In this document: piece after piece, positions 25,680 through 36,335 of the stretch
Layout of the letters: every line of letters begins with the position of its first letter
Position numbering within the stretch: the first letter of the stretch is position 1
Virus record (IMG/VR): IMGVR_UViG_3300012943_000011
Coordinates: 1 to 50,302 of that record
Origin: a virus
Lineage: Duplodnaviria; Caudoviricetes
Reading direction: 5' to 3' (one strand)
Length of the DNA stretch: 50,302 nucleotides
Program-made: the position numbers and the translations under genes
Notes under the pieces: model-generated
Database searches by the model: none
What the model was told of the DNA's origin: nothing
The model's input: the letters and a program-made list of their open reading frames with translations, nothing else

Positions 25680-27158
25680 TTATTGCGCCCCTGCCTCCGC
25701 TAAAAAGGCCTCTAAAGCTGCCTGTAGCTCCGCATCTGAATTTTGCTCAAACATGCCCGGCGTTGGCCTCATTGGATTTCGGCTTGGCACTTGAGACATT
25801 GCGGCCCTTTGTGGAACCATTGATTCAGGCAGATTGCGAACCATCCAATCGTTAGCTGTTTGGAAGTCCTCAGGGCTGTAATCAGTCATTGAGTCAATTC
25901 CAATCGGGGCCATTGCATCGCCTGTGCCGCCCATAACCGTCCTAGCTATCGGGCCGATTTTATCCGCAATGCGATTTGCGCCATATGCGGCGGCTCCTGC
26001 TAGGCCAGCATTCGTTAGCGCTCTACCTTGATTGCTCGAAACAGTGCCGTCTTCAGCCCTAGCTTCATCTGGCGTCATTGCATAAGCGAGGCCGCCCGCA
26101 ATAGCCGCCGCTCCGCCGCCCTTTGGCATCTTTGGCGCTCTGGCGCGTTTGCCTGCCGCAGCCGTTGCCGTTTCCGCTATCGCCTTGGCTAAATCAGCCT
26201 TAGTCATGCGGGTAGTAACTTTTACGCCAAGGGCTTTGGCCTGTTCTGCTAAATGGTCACGGCTTCCCGGCAGCGGGCTGGCTTGAGCGGGCGGAGCCGG
26301 CAAGGCCGATTGGTTGGGCTGTGTTGGCGCTGGCGTAAGCGGCCCCTTATTAACAGCGCCAGATAGCCCATTGCGCCTTAGCTGATTGCTTTCAATAATC
26401 CCTAATGCGCTAGCGTCGGGCGAAACGCGCGGATTAAATCCGTATTGCAAGCCCTTTTCAGCCAAGCCAACGCCAGCCCCAATCATGCCAGAGGCAAAGC
26501 CTTGGTTTACGCCCTGATTTAAAAGCGGATCGTCCTCGTTTACTCTCTGGGCTAATAACAAGCCCTTGCCGGCCATGAGCGCGCCAATTGCCGTAGGAGC
26601 GCCAGCGCGCGAGATAAAGCGGCCGGCTGAGGATCGCGGAGGCATAGCCCCGGCCCGTTCAACGCCAATTCTAGCGCCTTCACGCGTAGTTAGGCCGGAA
26701 ACGCGGTCTTGCGCGACTTGTCTAAGCGTTTGGTTTTTCATGGCTTGGCCCTCATCGGCCTCGCGCGTCATAGCGCCGCCAATTAAGCGCCCGCCAGCAT
26801 AGCCAGCCGCAGCGGCCGGGAGGCCTGAACCAACTTGAACAGCTACGCCATAGGGTGAGCTTTTTTCGGCTTCCTTTTCGGCCGCCTTGGTTTCCTGGCC
26901 GACTCTTCGAGCTTCGCCTTGTTCCGCCTCTTCAGCCTTGCCAAGCTGCTCATTTAGCTTGGCAATCTGATCATTAAACGCGCGAACTTCCTCATTGCGC
27001 TTTTCGATGGCGGCCCGGCCTGCGTCTATGTCCTTTTGGCCCTTTCGGCCGCGCTTGATTTCTGCCTCCTGCTCAGCCGTATAGGGCATGGGCTGATTAG
27101 CCATGAGCCGGCCAATTTGCTCTTTCAGGAATTCAGAGCGCTTTTTCTGTTCTGCCAT
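25680..27158 (-). CDS. Putative internal virion/ejection protein
   Basis: 492 aa, Ala/Gly-rich, in the ejection module. Confidence 0.55.
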   Translation of the reverse strand: MAEQKKRSEFLKEQIGRLMANQPMPYTAEQEAEIKRGRKGQKDIDAGRAAIEKRNEEVRAFNDQIAKLNEQLGKAEEAEQGEARRVGQETKAAEKEAEKSSPYGVAVQVGSGLPAAAAGYAGGRLIGGAMTREADEGQAMKNQTLRQVAQDRVSGLTTREGARIGVERAGAMPPRSSAGRFISRAGAPTAIGALMAGKGLLLAQRVNEDDPLLNQGVNQGFASGMIGAGVGLAEKGLQYGFNPRVSPDASALGIIESNQLRRNGLSGAVNKGPLTPAPTQPNQSALPAPPAQASPLPGSRDHLAEQAKALGVKVTTRMTKADLAKAIAETATAAAGKRARAPKMPKGGGAAAIAGGLAYAMTPDEARAEDGTVSSNQGRALTNAGLAGAAAYGANRIADKIGPIARTVMGGTGDAMAPIGIDSMTDYSPEDFQTANDWMVRNLPESMVPQRAAMSQVPSRNPMRPTPGMFEQNSDAELQAALEAFLAEAGAQ

Positions 27159-27215
27159 AAAATTGCCTAAATTATGTGTCTTGTTAGCCGGTCAATGTTT
27201 CCATGAGGCCGCGAT

Positions 27216-27377
27216 ATGCAAGAAATTGTGTATGAAGTAACGTCCGTTGGTGAAGACGGCATAGACCACATGGAAGCCGTAAAGCAGCCGTTCATAACGG
27301 TTGAGACGCTAATCTCCCGGATTTGCCAAATTGTGCTAATCGGGCTTGTTTGGTTTAGCCTTAGCAGTGGCGCTTAG
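27216..27377 (+). CDS. Small membrane protein (53 aa), opposite strand
   Basis: GAGG RBS, ATG at 27216, C-terminal hydrophobic helix. Confidence 0.45.
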   Translation: MQEIVYEVTSVGEDGIDHMEAVKQPFITVETLISRICQIVLIGLVWFSLSSGA

Positions 27378-27406
27378 CCGATTTGAAATCCCGCGCTGGG
27401 ATTGCA

Positions 27407-27523
27407 ATGCATGTCTTAATCGGGTTGGTGCTAGCCCCATTTATCTTAATAGGGCTAGCTGAAATCAACCCTTGGCTCCCCTGGATCGCTATAATTGGGG
27501 GCCGAATATTCTCAGACTTCTGA
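27407..27523 (+). CDS. Small membrane protein (38 aa), opposite strand
   Basis: MHVLIGLVLAPFILIGLAEINPWLPWIAIIGG... Confidence 0.4.
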   Translation: MHVLIGLVLAPFILIGLAEINPWLPWIAIIGGRIFSDF

Positions 27524-27525
27524 GC

Positions 27526-29997
27526 CTAGGGCGCGGGGAGCAATCCTTGCGCCCTTTGCTTTTCAAGGTAGCCTTGAGCCGCTACGCCGGCCGCCAAGAT
27601 CGCATCTCGTTCATCAACGTCTTTCACTCGCCTTGCTATAGCTGGAAGGCGCTTAAGATGCTGAGCTAGAATTTTGGCGTTACTGGCCGCCGTATTGCCT
27701 GCCCTAAGCTGGGCTTTCATAAGGCCCTCTTGGAAGCCTAAGAAAGCATTGCTTGTCAGAAGTTTGCCGCCCAATCCGCCGCCGATAAATAGCGTTGCCG
27801 CCGCTGTGCCGGCAGTAGCGATATCGCCTGATATAAGCGGGAGGATGCCAATTCCGGTATAGGCTGAGCCGCTATGGTTTTTGGTCGCTTCGTAATATTT
27901 CATGCGGTTGACGACACGGGCCATATTTTGCAGCTTTGTGGCTACGCCCTCAGGAAGGCCCTTCATAAACTCCCGGCCGGCCGGATGGCTCATGATTGCG
28001 TTAAAATCGGTTGCCCAATTATTAACGTTGAAAATCTCCTCAGCCTTTTGCGCTCCGGAGCGGCCACGGCCTAGGCTTTCAATAACATGGCCTCTAAGCG
28101 CGTTCACTTCCTCAGGCCTTAAAACGCCGGCAACCTGCCGCAGCATTTGCGGATTGGCTGTTTTTTCCTTTAGCGCAGTAACAATCTTTTTGGCCGCTTC
28201 ATTGGGCGTTTTTGCGCCCATAACATCCATGAATTTGTCGATACGTTCCATGCCTTGGCGGAAATATCTATCAGCGCGCCTGAACTCATAAAGCGCCGCA
28301 TCGGCCTTTCGGGCATCAGCCACCTTTACCGCGTCTTTGCCAGTCGATTTCGTGCCAAGCCAAGCTCTATTGGCGATATCAGTTAAGCCAGCCTCCATAT
28401 CGCGCGAGGCCGCCCCATAGAGCCGTTTAAGCTGTGTCCGGTCTAGCCCAATATCAAACTGGCCAAAGTTGCCTAGCGCACGGCCTAATTCAGTCCTAAT
28501 GCTGCGCAATTCGCCAACTGATGTATGCGATTTAGCAGTCATGATCCGCTTAGCCAATGTGCCTGTTAGAGTATTCTGGCCGGCAATCTGATTGTTTGTT
28601 TCCGTGTCGATTTCGCGGAGTGTGTTTTGTAGATTTTTCCAGCCGGTCCTATTCGGATTGGCGCTATCATCCTTACGCATTTTGTCGGGGATTTTGCGCC
28701 AAGCGCTCTCATAGAGAGCTTCGCCCTTGGTTGCAAAACTTGTGTCCCTAGATGGCGCATTTCGCGAAACTAGCTGTGCTACTTGAGCATCGCTTAAGTC
28801 TTCAACATTGGTTCGCCGCTTGCCAATCTGCTCTAATGGCTTGGCGGTTGGCACTGTTGCACCCCTGCTAGTTTGAGCCGTTCCGCCCTGATTGGCCGTG
28901 CGAATTGGAGCCGCCGCTTTCATATTTTCGGCCTGCCCCTCAGTTAGGACTTGGGCCTTTTTAAGCGGCTGATATGGCTCAATCCCTTGGCGCTTAATTG
29001 CGCTAGGCTCAAGCTCAGTTAAGCCGGCCCCCTGATAGCGCTCAAGGCCCCTTTGCAGCATGGTTCCTGTGGCCTCTTCAGAGCCTTTGGAACCTAATTG
29101 CTTTCCGATATCGGCCTGAGCCTTGGCAAGGCCTAATTCAACATCCGTTTTAGGGCTTTTGACCGTTCCGCCAACTATGGGTAATTCCTCGATAGTGCGG
29201 CCAACTCTGGCCGTCCCCGAACTTCCCAAGGCCGGAGCAAACGGTTTCATCTCCAATTCGCGGAAGGCCTGCATATCGGCCAAGCGCTCAGGAATGGTTT
29301 GGATATTTTGCGGCACATTGGCCGCTTGGGCTTTGGCGTTTACAGGCGTTTGGCTGGGCTTAGGAGCCGGAATAGCATCAGCGCCACGTTGCAGCGCCCG
29401 GCCAATCGGGCCGGCTCTATTGGCCTCTATGGCCTCGCCAGCGCCCCTAATGCCGGCCTGAATGGTCGCCCTTGGGCTGGCCGCTGCAAACTGGCTTGCC
29501 GTATTCAGGCCCTTAAGCGGAGCGCCCATAGTTTGCCCGCCCGGTATGCCTGCCGCTACAGAGCCGATATCGGCCGCCGTTTGCAATGCGCCCTCATTAG
29601 CAACGGCAAAGTTGCGCTCTGATTCTTTTTGCACATTGCCCAAATGCTCGCTAACTAGGCCAGTGACATCGCCCAAGCCATACTGGCCGCGCGTTACGGC
29701 CCGAATAGGAGCGGATAGGCCAAAGGTTGCCGCGTCGGCAATTCTCTGGCCAATGCTACGATTTCCTACGCGCTTCTTATCGGCCGCTTCAGCTTGGCGT
29801 TTTGCCTGATATTCGGCCTGTTCATCAGGCGTAGCGGGAGCGCCGCCAATAGGGACTTCGCCCCTTAAGTTCGCCGGAACGGCTTCGGCCTTAGCGGGCA
29901 TAATCCCGCGCTTGCGGGCTTCATCTAAAATGGCTTGTTTATCAGGCGTTAATAGGCCGCGCTTTTCAGCTTCTAGCCATTGTTCCGGAGTAGGCAT
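27526..29997 (-). CDS. Large DNA ejection protein (P22 gp16-like position)
   Basis: 823 aa, helical and Ala-rich; synteny. Confidence 0.65.
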   Translation of the reverse strand: MPTPEQWLEAEKRGLLTPDKQAILDEARKRGIMPAKAEAVPANLRGEVPIGGAPATPDEQAEYQAKRQAEAADKKRVGNRSIGQRIADAATFGLSAPIRAVTRGQYGLGDVTGLVSEHLGNVQKESERNFAVANEGALQTAADIGSVAAGIPGGQTMGAPLKGLNTASQFAAASPRATIQAGIRGAGEAIEANRAGPIGRALQRGADAIPAPKPSQTPVNAKAQAANVPQNIQTIPERLADMQAFRELEMKPFAPALGSSGTARVGRTIEELPIVGGTVKSPKTDVELGLAKAQADIGKQLGSKGSEEATGTMLQRGLERYQGAGLTELEPSAIKRQGIEPYQPLKKAQVLTEGQAENMKAAAPIRTANQGGTAQTSRGATVPTAKPLEQIGKRRTNVEDLSDAQVAQLVSRNAPSRDTSFATKGEALYESAWRKIPDKMRKDDSANPNRTGWKNLQNTLREIDTETNNQIAGQNTLTGTLAKRIMTAKSHTSVGELRSIRTELGRALGNFGQFDIGLDRTQLKRLYGAASRDMEAGLTDIANRAWLGTKSTGKDAVKVADARKADAALYEFRRADRYFRQGMERIDKFMDVMGAKTPNEAAKKIVTALKEKTANPQMLRQVAGVLRPEEVNALRGHVIESLGRGRSGAQKAEEIFNVNNWATDFNAIMSHPAGREFMKGLPEGVATKLQNMARVVNRMKYYEATKNHSGSAYTGIGILPLISGDIATAGTAAATLFIGGGLGGKLLTSNAFLGFQEGLMKAQLRAGNTAASNAKILAQHLKRLPAIARRVKDVDERDAILAAGVAAQGYLEKQRAQGLLPAP

Positions 29998-30004
29998 TTA
30001 TCCT

Positions 30005-31207
30005 TTATTGAAATAGTGCGCCTAGTTCATCATCGCTTAAATCGGCCGCACTTGGCGTTCCAGCCGCGTCAGGAGCGCCGGGGGCATCATAGCCGCCCTG
30101 AATGCGCAAGCCTTCCATGGCCTGCTTTCGCGCTGCCGCCTTTTGCCGCCGCGTTCCGGCATCATCGCCCGGCTGGGGGAACAGGTTTTTGTATTCATCC
30201 AAAAACTCTTGCGGCGAAATGGTTGCGCCTGATTCCTTGCGAAGCTTGGCCCTAATGAACTGCATAGCGCTTTGCATGAATTGGCGCTCACGCTTGTTCA
30301 TTCCGCCCATCCAACTTGGCAATGCTCCCGAAATTCCGGAAGGGGCCGTTAGGACTAGCGAATTGGTTGTATGGCTCATGGGCGATTCGGCCTCAGGACT
30401 TGGCAAAACACCTTTGCCCTTATTGCCTAGCGTGTTTTCCGCCTGTTCCATCATGCCTAAGAAATTGCGCGCTGTTCCCTGGCCCTCAGTTAGGGGCTTA
30501 GGAGCGCTCGCCTTAGCCGCCGCAGCTTTAGCCTTGGCCTCCAAAACGCCAATCTGCGCATTGCGAAAACCAAGCAAATTAGCTGCATCATCACGGCCGG
30601 CTTGGAATGTGCGATCCGCATTGGATTGAGCTAAGCCAGCATCTTGGCGATTGGCCAAGAAATTCCGATCCGTGTTGAATTGCGCTCTATCGGCTTGCTG
30701 TGCCTGTAGGGCCATTTGCCGCTCTTGCATCTCATTTTGAATAGCCTGTTGCACGCCAATATTTTGCTGCATTAGCATTGGCAATTGATCAATTGTGATG
30801 CTGTCCGCGTTTAGCCCTCTGGCCTTAAGGACCGATTTAGCTTGCTCTAAGGCTTGAGCCGGATTGGAATGCTTAAGGATCGCTTGGCCCATATTGCCAA
30901 GTAGCTCTTGCGTTTTGCCAAACTTGGCCAACTTGTCATTGTCCATGGCCCTGGCATGGGCTTGAATGGCCCTGGCCTCTTGTGAATCGGCCCGCATTTC
31001 GCCGCTTACGCCGCGCGCTTCGGCAAATTCGCCGCCAGAATAGAGCTTGCCCATGGCCCCCTTCATGTTGCCGGCCGCCGCTAGGCCGCCAGCTTCCTGC
31101 ATAAGGTTGCGCTTTTGCTGGGCTAAAAAGTCTTCTTTGCCCTGCCTGAAGGCCTGCAATTCAGGGCCGAAATCAGGGCCTCTAATGGCCGGTAATGGTT
31201 GAGGCAT
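30005..31207 (-). CDS. DNA ejection protein (gp20-like position)
   Basis: Q/A-rich; LRKESGATI...E...FPQPGD motif. Confidence 0.65.
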   Translation of the reverse strand: MPQPLPAIRGPDFGPELQAFRQGKEDFLAQQKRNLMQEAGGLAAAGNMKGAMGKLYSGGEFAEARGVSGEMRADSQEARAIQAHARAMDNDKLAKFGKTQELLGNMGQAILKHSNPAQALEQAKSVLKARGLNADSITIDQLPMLMQQNIGVQQAIQNEMQERQMALQAQQADRAQFNTDRNFLANRQDAGLAQSNADRTFQAGRDDAANLLGFRNAQIGVLEAKAKAAAAKASAPKPLTEGQGTARNFLGMMEQAENTLGNKGKGVLPSPEAESPMSHTTNSLVLTAPSGISGALPSWMGGMNKRERQFMQSAMQFIRAKLRKESGATISPQEFLDEYKNLFPQPGDDAGTRRQKAAARKQAMEGLRIQGGYDAPGAPDAAGTPSAADLSDDELGALFQ

Positions 31208-32494
31208 TTATCCTAAAAACTCTAAAATTACGCAAATACCAGACATGCCAGGGCCGCCTGTATTGCCGCTGGAATTGTTAAAATTGCCTGAGCCTTGGCC
31301 GCCTGCGCCGTAAACAGTGGCGGCTGTGCCGTTAGCCGAAGCGCCAGCATCAAAGCCAGGGCCAGGGCCGCCGCCCCAGAATGAGCCGCCGCCACCGCCG
31401 CGCAAAATCGCGTCAACGTCAGACCAAACGCCACCAACGCCAAAGCCGCCAGAGGAGCCAGGAATATTGATCAGGCCGCCTGTTGCCGTACCGCCAGCGC
31501 CGCCGCTAGCATTCTGGTTATTGCCCGAGCCAGCGCTACCCGTGCCGCCCGTACCGCCGCCAGCGGTATGGAGCGCGCCAAAGGTCGTATCGCCGCCGTT
31601 GCCGCCGTTGCCGCCTGTATTGGTGCCAGCCGTTCCCGCTGCGCCAATTGTAACCGCTTGTGAAGCCCCGATGGTTGCCGCTGTAAAAAGCTCAATGCAG
31701 GTTGCTCCGCCGCCGCCGCCTCCGCCAGCATTATCGCTATCGCCGTCCGGGCTATCAGTGCCGCCGCCGCCTCCGCCGCCGCCTGTTGAGATAACAAGAC
31801 ATTGGCGCATTCTGGCGTTTGGCGTATAGGTGCCAGTAGCAGTAAATACCTGTAGATCGATAGACTCGCCAAAGTGGCTAAAGACTTTATACCATTCAGC
31901 GCCGTTGGAAAAAATCCCCAAAGCTTCATTAATATTCGAAATCGAAAATGAAGTGCTAGAGTTATCCAATGTTTCTGTTGAATTTGGATCGATTACAAGC
32001 GTATTGGCGGCAACCATTTTCTTGAATAGAAAACCTTTGCCGTTGCCCACTGAGGCCGCACTAGGCAAGTCAAATTCAATTCCGCCTGAAGTTGTATCGG
32101 CTTCATAGGCTTTGCCCGCGTCCGCAGCTGTTAAAGCCACGGGGCTAGAGGCGCTTGTTACCTGTGTCCATTCGAATAGCGGAGGCGCAAAGTTAGCGGC
32201 GGAAATCTCAGCTACAGCCTTTGGCAAATTGTCATAGGTTTGAAGCGTTGCGCCATCGCCATCCTTGATAACAACCTTCCAATCGGAGCTATCGCCAATG
32301 TAAATTAAAGGGACAAATCCGCCCGCATCACAAGGCACGGGCTGAGGATGCGCAATAGAGCCAGCCTGATTGGAGTATACCGTTAAATCATTAGTTGTAT
32401 TGGCCTGATAATGAAAAAGCTCCGCATCCTCTACAACATCGCCATTTTCATCCGTTATTTGTTGGCCGGATAGAAAGCTTAAAATAGTGGCCAT
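31208..32494 (-). CDS. Tail fibre/tailspike-like protein with Gly-rich domain
   Basis: N-terminal attachment-type motif (DENG...YQANTT...VYS...PVPCDAGG) and Gly-rich C-terminus. Confidence 0.75.
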   Translation of the reverse strand: MATILSFLSGQQITDENGDVVEDAELFHYQANTTNDLTVYSNQAGSIAHPQPVPCDAGGFVPLIYIGDSSDWKVVIKDGDGATLQTYDNLPKAVAEISAANFAPPLFEWTQVTSASSPVALTAADAGKAYEADTTSGGIEFDLPSAASVGNGKGFLFKKMVAANTLVIDPNSTETLDNSSTSFSISNINEALGIFSNGAEWYKVFSHFGESIDLQVFTATGTYTPNARMRQCLVISTGGGGGGGGTDSPDGDSDNAGGGGGGGATCIELFTAATIGASQAVTIGAAGTAGTNTGGNGGNGGDTTFGALHTAGGGTGGTGSAGSGNNQNASGGAGGTATGGLINIPGSSGGFGVGGVWSDVDAILRGGGGGSFWGGGPGPGFDAGASANGTAATVYGAGGQGSGNFNNSSGNTGGPGMSGICVILEFLG

Positions 32495-33133
32495 TTAGCC
32501 GAATAGATTTCCTAGAAAATTCCCCGCTGAGGCTAAACCGCCCCCACTAGCGCCAGCGCCATAAGCGCCTTTTTGCTGGCCGTATGCGCCAGCATCCATA
32601 ATGGATTGCCCGGCATTAGCTAATCCGGCCCCTTGGTAATAGCCGGCGTTTGCCAAATGCTGGCCTTGGGTTTGCGCTGATTGCTGGCCAAACCCGGCCA
32701 CGGATTGCGCCGCTTGGCGGCCGGTATCGACTAAGCCGCCAATTTGGCTCTGCCGCGTCCGGTAAGCATCCAACATATTCTTTTGGAGATAATCGCCAAC
32801 GCCGGCCAAAACATTACCGCCATAGCCCCGGCCTCTTAGTGCATTGGAATTTTCCAAGCCCCTAACTGCGTAATCCTCAGCCGCCTTGAAGCCAGGATCG
32901 GTTTGGAAATTATCGTAAAATTCCCTTTGCTTATCCAAACCATTCAGGCCAACGCTAGTTTTGTAAGTATCGAGGGCTTCAGGCCCAACATTTGTATAAG
33001 GCGATAAAAGCTTTTTGGTTTCCTCAAACTGCTTTTTATTAACTCTGGCCGCGTCTTTTTGAGCATCGGCCGCCATATTACCGCCAATAATATTTCCTAC
33101 AGCGCCAATAACGCCGCCGACTATTCCACCCAT
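32495..33133 (-). CDS. DNA ejection/pilot protein (P22 gp7-like)
   Basis: Gly-rich N-terminus, PY...G, DPG. Confidence 0.7.
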   Translation of the reverse strand: MGGIVGGVIGAVGNIIGGNMAADAQKDAARVNKKQFEETKKLLSPYTNVGPEALDTYKTSVGLNGLDKQREFYDNFQTDPGFKAAEDYAVRGLENSNALRGRGYGGNVLAGVGDYLQKNMLDAYRTRQSQIGGLVDTGRQAAQSVAGFGQQSAQTQGQHLANAGYYQGAGLANAGQSIMDAGAYGQQKGAYGAGASGGGLASAGNFLGNLFG

Positions 33134-33567
33134 TAATTCCTTAGTTCAAAAACGTAATTCATTTCTGCCGGCTTAAAGCCAATGCGCTCTAATATTCTAT
33201 GCGAATTGGGGAACATCGAACCGGCTACAATGTGATCGATATTTCCCCTTTGGCACATATCCACCACATAGCGCAAAATCGCCACTCCGGCCCCTGGCTT
33301 GACTGAGTACCAAAAGGCCTTGAACAGAATTGTTTTTCCGGTCCAGGGATGCGGCATAACGGTAAAGCCTATAGTGGCCACGGGCTTATTATTATGCTCC
33401 GCCATTATAGCCGCGTTCCATTCGTGGCCTATGAATCGGCTGAAAAAGCCTTCGGCTACTTCCTCATCAATTGGGGCCTTTCCGGGATATTCAATTCCGG
33501 AATTAAAGTCCTTAAGCCATTCGATCAAAAGCGGGATATCCGCCTCTGTTATATCCCGATAGTTCAT
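33133..33567 (-). CDS. GNAT acetyltransferase-like virion-module protein
   Basis: YRDITEADIP...FWY...PGAG...IGF; typical position in P22-like tail modules. Confidence 0.65.
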   Translation of the reverse strand: MNYRDITEADIPLLIEWLKDFNSGIEYPGKAPIDEEVAEGFFSRFIGHEWNAAIMAEHNNKPVATIGFTVMPHPWTGKTILFKAFWYSVKPGAGVAILRYVVDMCQRGNIDHIVAGSMFPNSHRILERIGFKPAEMNYVFELRN

Positions 33568-34913
33568 GAAGTCTCGTAATAGATATTAATTTGGCCGGCG
33601 TCAAAAGTATCCGCCGTTTCAACGGTAATTCTCACTCGGTCTAAATCAGCCGATAGTGATTTATTGCCACCGCCCGAAATGGCTATATTTGACGCATTAC
33701 TGCCTAGCGCGTGGCTGGCAACCCAAGTATTGCCGGTTATTCTTGTTATGAGCATGTGGCCAGATAGAGCACGGCCCGCATTGCCGCCGCGAATAGTAAA
33801 GCCAGCCGCGCTAGTGGAAATACTACAGGTATTAGAACCACTTATGCCGCCTGATGAGCTTAAGTAGCCTGTGTTCTCTATGCCGCCGCTATCACCCAAT
33901 TGCACAACAATATCGTTTGTCCCGCTAAGCGAAACGCCGCTAAACAGGATCATAATCCGATTAATGCCCGATGGCAGTGAGTTAAAATCAATGGTGGAGC
34001 CAGAAGTAGAATTCTGAGCCGTGCCAATGGTTATCCCGCCGCTACCGCCGCCCGTTGACTCTATGGTTGTCCCGGTAATGCTTAGGCCTGTGCCTAGCGT
34101 CAAATCGCGCCATAGGCTGGCGCTCTCATCCCAAAACATCAGCCTATCTGCGCCCGGATCGGTCAAATCTAGCGTTATGTTCGTGTCGCCAGTTGTGACT
34201 GTAAGGGTGCGGTCCGCCGTAAGGTTTGAGCCGGGAGCGATAATCAAATCATGGCTCGCGTTTGTATCTAGGAGGTGCAGGCCGGTATTGGGCGCTGTTA
34301 TGATTGCTGGAATTAACACATCTGCCGGTAGGCTAAGCGTGGGGTCGCCCGAAACGCCATCGCCATTAGCAACAGAAATTTGACCGGCTGTGCCCGTAAC
34401 AGTTCTTTGCGCGTATGTTTCCGCCGCCGTTCTCGCTACTAAGCCCGTCCCGGCCATGGCTTCAAGCGAAGCCAAATCATTCGCCAAAGCAATAGTTGGA
34501 TTGCCCGCAACGCCATCCCCGTTTGAGACGCTTACGCCATTTGCGGGGCCGGTAAGTGTTCGCCCCGCAAATGTGTCTGCCGCAGTTTGGGCGATTAAGC
34601 CATTTGTGTTATAAGCAGCCAGGGCTGTAAGCGTGCCGTCTACGGGCTGCTTTTCTGTGTCAAGCTCATTAATCGCCGCCTGAACCGTTACTGCCGAAAT
34701 ATTCCCGGCCGGAACATTGGTGATTTCGCTAGCTGTGTAATCACCCGACTGGCTTGTCACAATGCCCGAGCGCCCCTCAAAAGAGGCAACACCGCCAGAG
34801 CCAAACGTAGCGATTTCGCTAATGATGCGCTGTAAGGCCGTGTACCATTCAAGGCTAATCCGGCCCGTGCCCTTGTCTATAATTGGCGTATCAGCGGGAG
34901 GAATTCTAGCCAT
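33564..34913 (-). CDS. Tail fibre/needle-like protein
   Basis: GRISLEWY N-terminus, repeated SV.NGDGV.G.PT units, T/S/G-rich. Confidence 0.7.
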   Translation of the reverse strand: MARIPPADTPIIDKGTGRISLEWYTALQRIISEIATFGSGGVASFEGRSGIVTSQSGDYTASEITNVPAGNISAVTVQAAINELDTEKQPVDGTLTALAAYNTNGLIAQTAADTFAGRTLTGPANGVSVSNGDGVAGNPTIALANDLASLEAMAGTGLVARTAAETYAQRTVTGTAGQISVANGDGVSGDPTLSLPADVLIPAIITAPNTGLHLLDTNASHDLIIAPGSNLTADRTLTVTTGDTNITLDLTDPGADRLMFWDESASLWRDLTLGTGLSITGTTIESTGGGSGGITIGTAQNSTSGSTIDFNSLPSGINRIMILFSGVSLSGTNDIVVQLGDSGGIENTGYLSSSGGISGSNTCSISTSAAGFTIRGGNAGRALSGHMLITRITGNTWVASHALGSNASNIAISGGGNKSLSADLDRVRITVETADTFDAGQINIYYETS

Positions 34914-36335
34914 TTAGCGCGTTGGCCTTACACTGAGCGAGGCTGAAATAATGCCCCTTAATACAGCCGGGCTGGCCCTTAATCGCCATTGCCTGCCGCC
35001 CTCGCGGACTTCGCCCCATTTGTTCATTTTGATCTTATTTTTGTATTTGCCCAATTGGCCTAATGTGGCTGTGCGTTCGCCGGTAAAATTCTTTCCGCCA
35101 TCATCGGAGTAATCCACCATAAGCAGCGGATTGTTTTCATGATCCGAAAGCGAGTTCAGGCCAACGCCCATAATGGCGTCAACCTCTAAGGAATCGGCTA
35201 TATAACCATGCGGGAATGTGTGAACCGTTGGCGCGCGAATATCCATAACAAACAAATCGCCATCTTCATCGAACGCGGTAGCGCTGATTTCGAACAATTC
35301 GCCATTTGTGGAACTGCTGCCGATATAGGCCCCGTTAAAGGCAACAATATCATTTATCCGCCATGTATCGGAGCCGTAGCTTTGGCGCTCATGCCATTGG
35401 CCGGTTAGAACGTCAAATTCCCATGTCCAAGCGCTGGAAAACAGCGTGTAAAACTCATGGCCTTGATGGAACCATGCGCGGCCGGCAATGAGGCTTCTAT
35501 TGAGCGGGCTTAAGTCCTGAATAGCGCGTTCTACGCCATGGTTGGAAATCCTAACCGCTGAACCATCCCGCCCATGCCGAACTATGCCATCATCATCAAC
35601 CCAAGCCATGGAAGTGCCAACTTGGGCAACCGAATGCGGCGCAATGCAGCCAAATTCAATATCTTGCTGAACAGGACTGAATACAAAGGGTTCGCTCGCC
35701 AAGCTAGGGTCAGGTTGCCAGATTTCCGTGGTTTTCTTGCCAAAGGCGTACAAAAATCCGCCATGGCCAAATACCCTCACTAGACCCTCAGAACGCGAAT
35801 TAGCGCTATCAAAGGCCAATGAGGAAACGTTGCTGGCGTCTAAGTCGGATTGGAAAATCCGGCCATCGGCTATGGAGAAAAGGAAAAAGCCCTTAAGGTA
35901 AGTGACCGAATTTGGAACGGGCAAATCAGCATCATTTATCTGGCTAATCGCGCCAGATTGCAAAATGTGATATTGGCCCGAATTGGTGATAACGGCTATC
36001 TGAGGGGCCGCGTTCCGGTTCCTGGCCAGAAATACCCGGCCGGAGCCAACTAGCGTCCCTAAGGTGGAGGAAACCCCGCCAGTGTCAAAACTGGCAACTT
36101 CGTTTCCGAGAAACCCAATAAGCGCATTATCGTTTAGCTGGATTAAGCCACGGGAGATTCCCGTATATGTGCCATCATCGAACCGATTTAGGCCGGGGCT
36201 GGCGTGGATAACAAAGCGCCCCTTAGCATCGGTTCCGGCGTCTTCAACATAGCAATTGATATGCCTCACATTGGAGACTTGGCCATCTAGCCCGATATTC
36301 GAGCCAAGGCCTAGATTTAAAGGGGCGTCAGCCAT
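34914..36335 (-). CDS. Tail hub/packaged-DNA stabilisation protein (P22 gp10-like)
   Basis: PGL, beta-propeller-like core, WHER, SDDGG motifs. Confidence 0.85.
   Translation of the reverse strand: MADAPLNLGLGSNIGLDGQVSNVRHINCYVEDAGTDAKGRFVIHASPGLNRFDDGTYTGISRGLIQLNDNALIGFLGNEVASFDTGGVSSTLGTLVGSGRVFLARNRNAAPQIAVITNSGQYHILQSGAISQINDADLPVPNSVTYLKGFFLFSIADGRIFQSDLDASNVSSLAFDSANSRSEGLVRVFGHGGFLYAFGKKTTEIWQPDPSLASEPFVFSPVQQDIEFGCIAPHSVAQVGTSMAWVDDDGIVRHGRDGSAVRISNHGVERAIQDLSPLNRSLIAGRAWFHQGHEFYTLFSSAWTWEFDVLTGQWHERQSYGSDTWRINDIVAFNGAYIGSSSTNGELFEISATAFDEDGDLFVMDIRAPTVHTFPHGYIADSLEVDAIMGVGLNSLSDHENNPLLMVDYSDDGGKNFTGERTATLGQLGKYKNKIKMNKWGEVREGGRQWRLRASPAVLRGIISASLSVRPTR

Noticed and set aside
31228-31929. 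GCC/CCG repeat tracts and overlapping Pro- or Ala-rich ORFs
   Set aside because: Explained by poly-Gly codons of the tail fibre; these are shadow ORFs.
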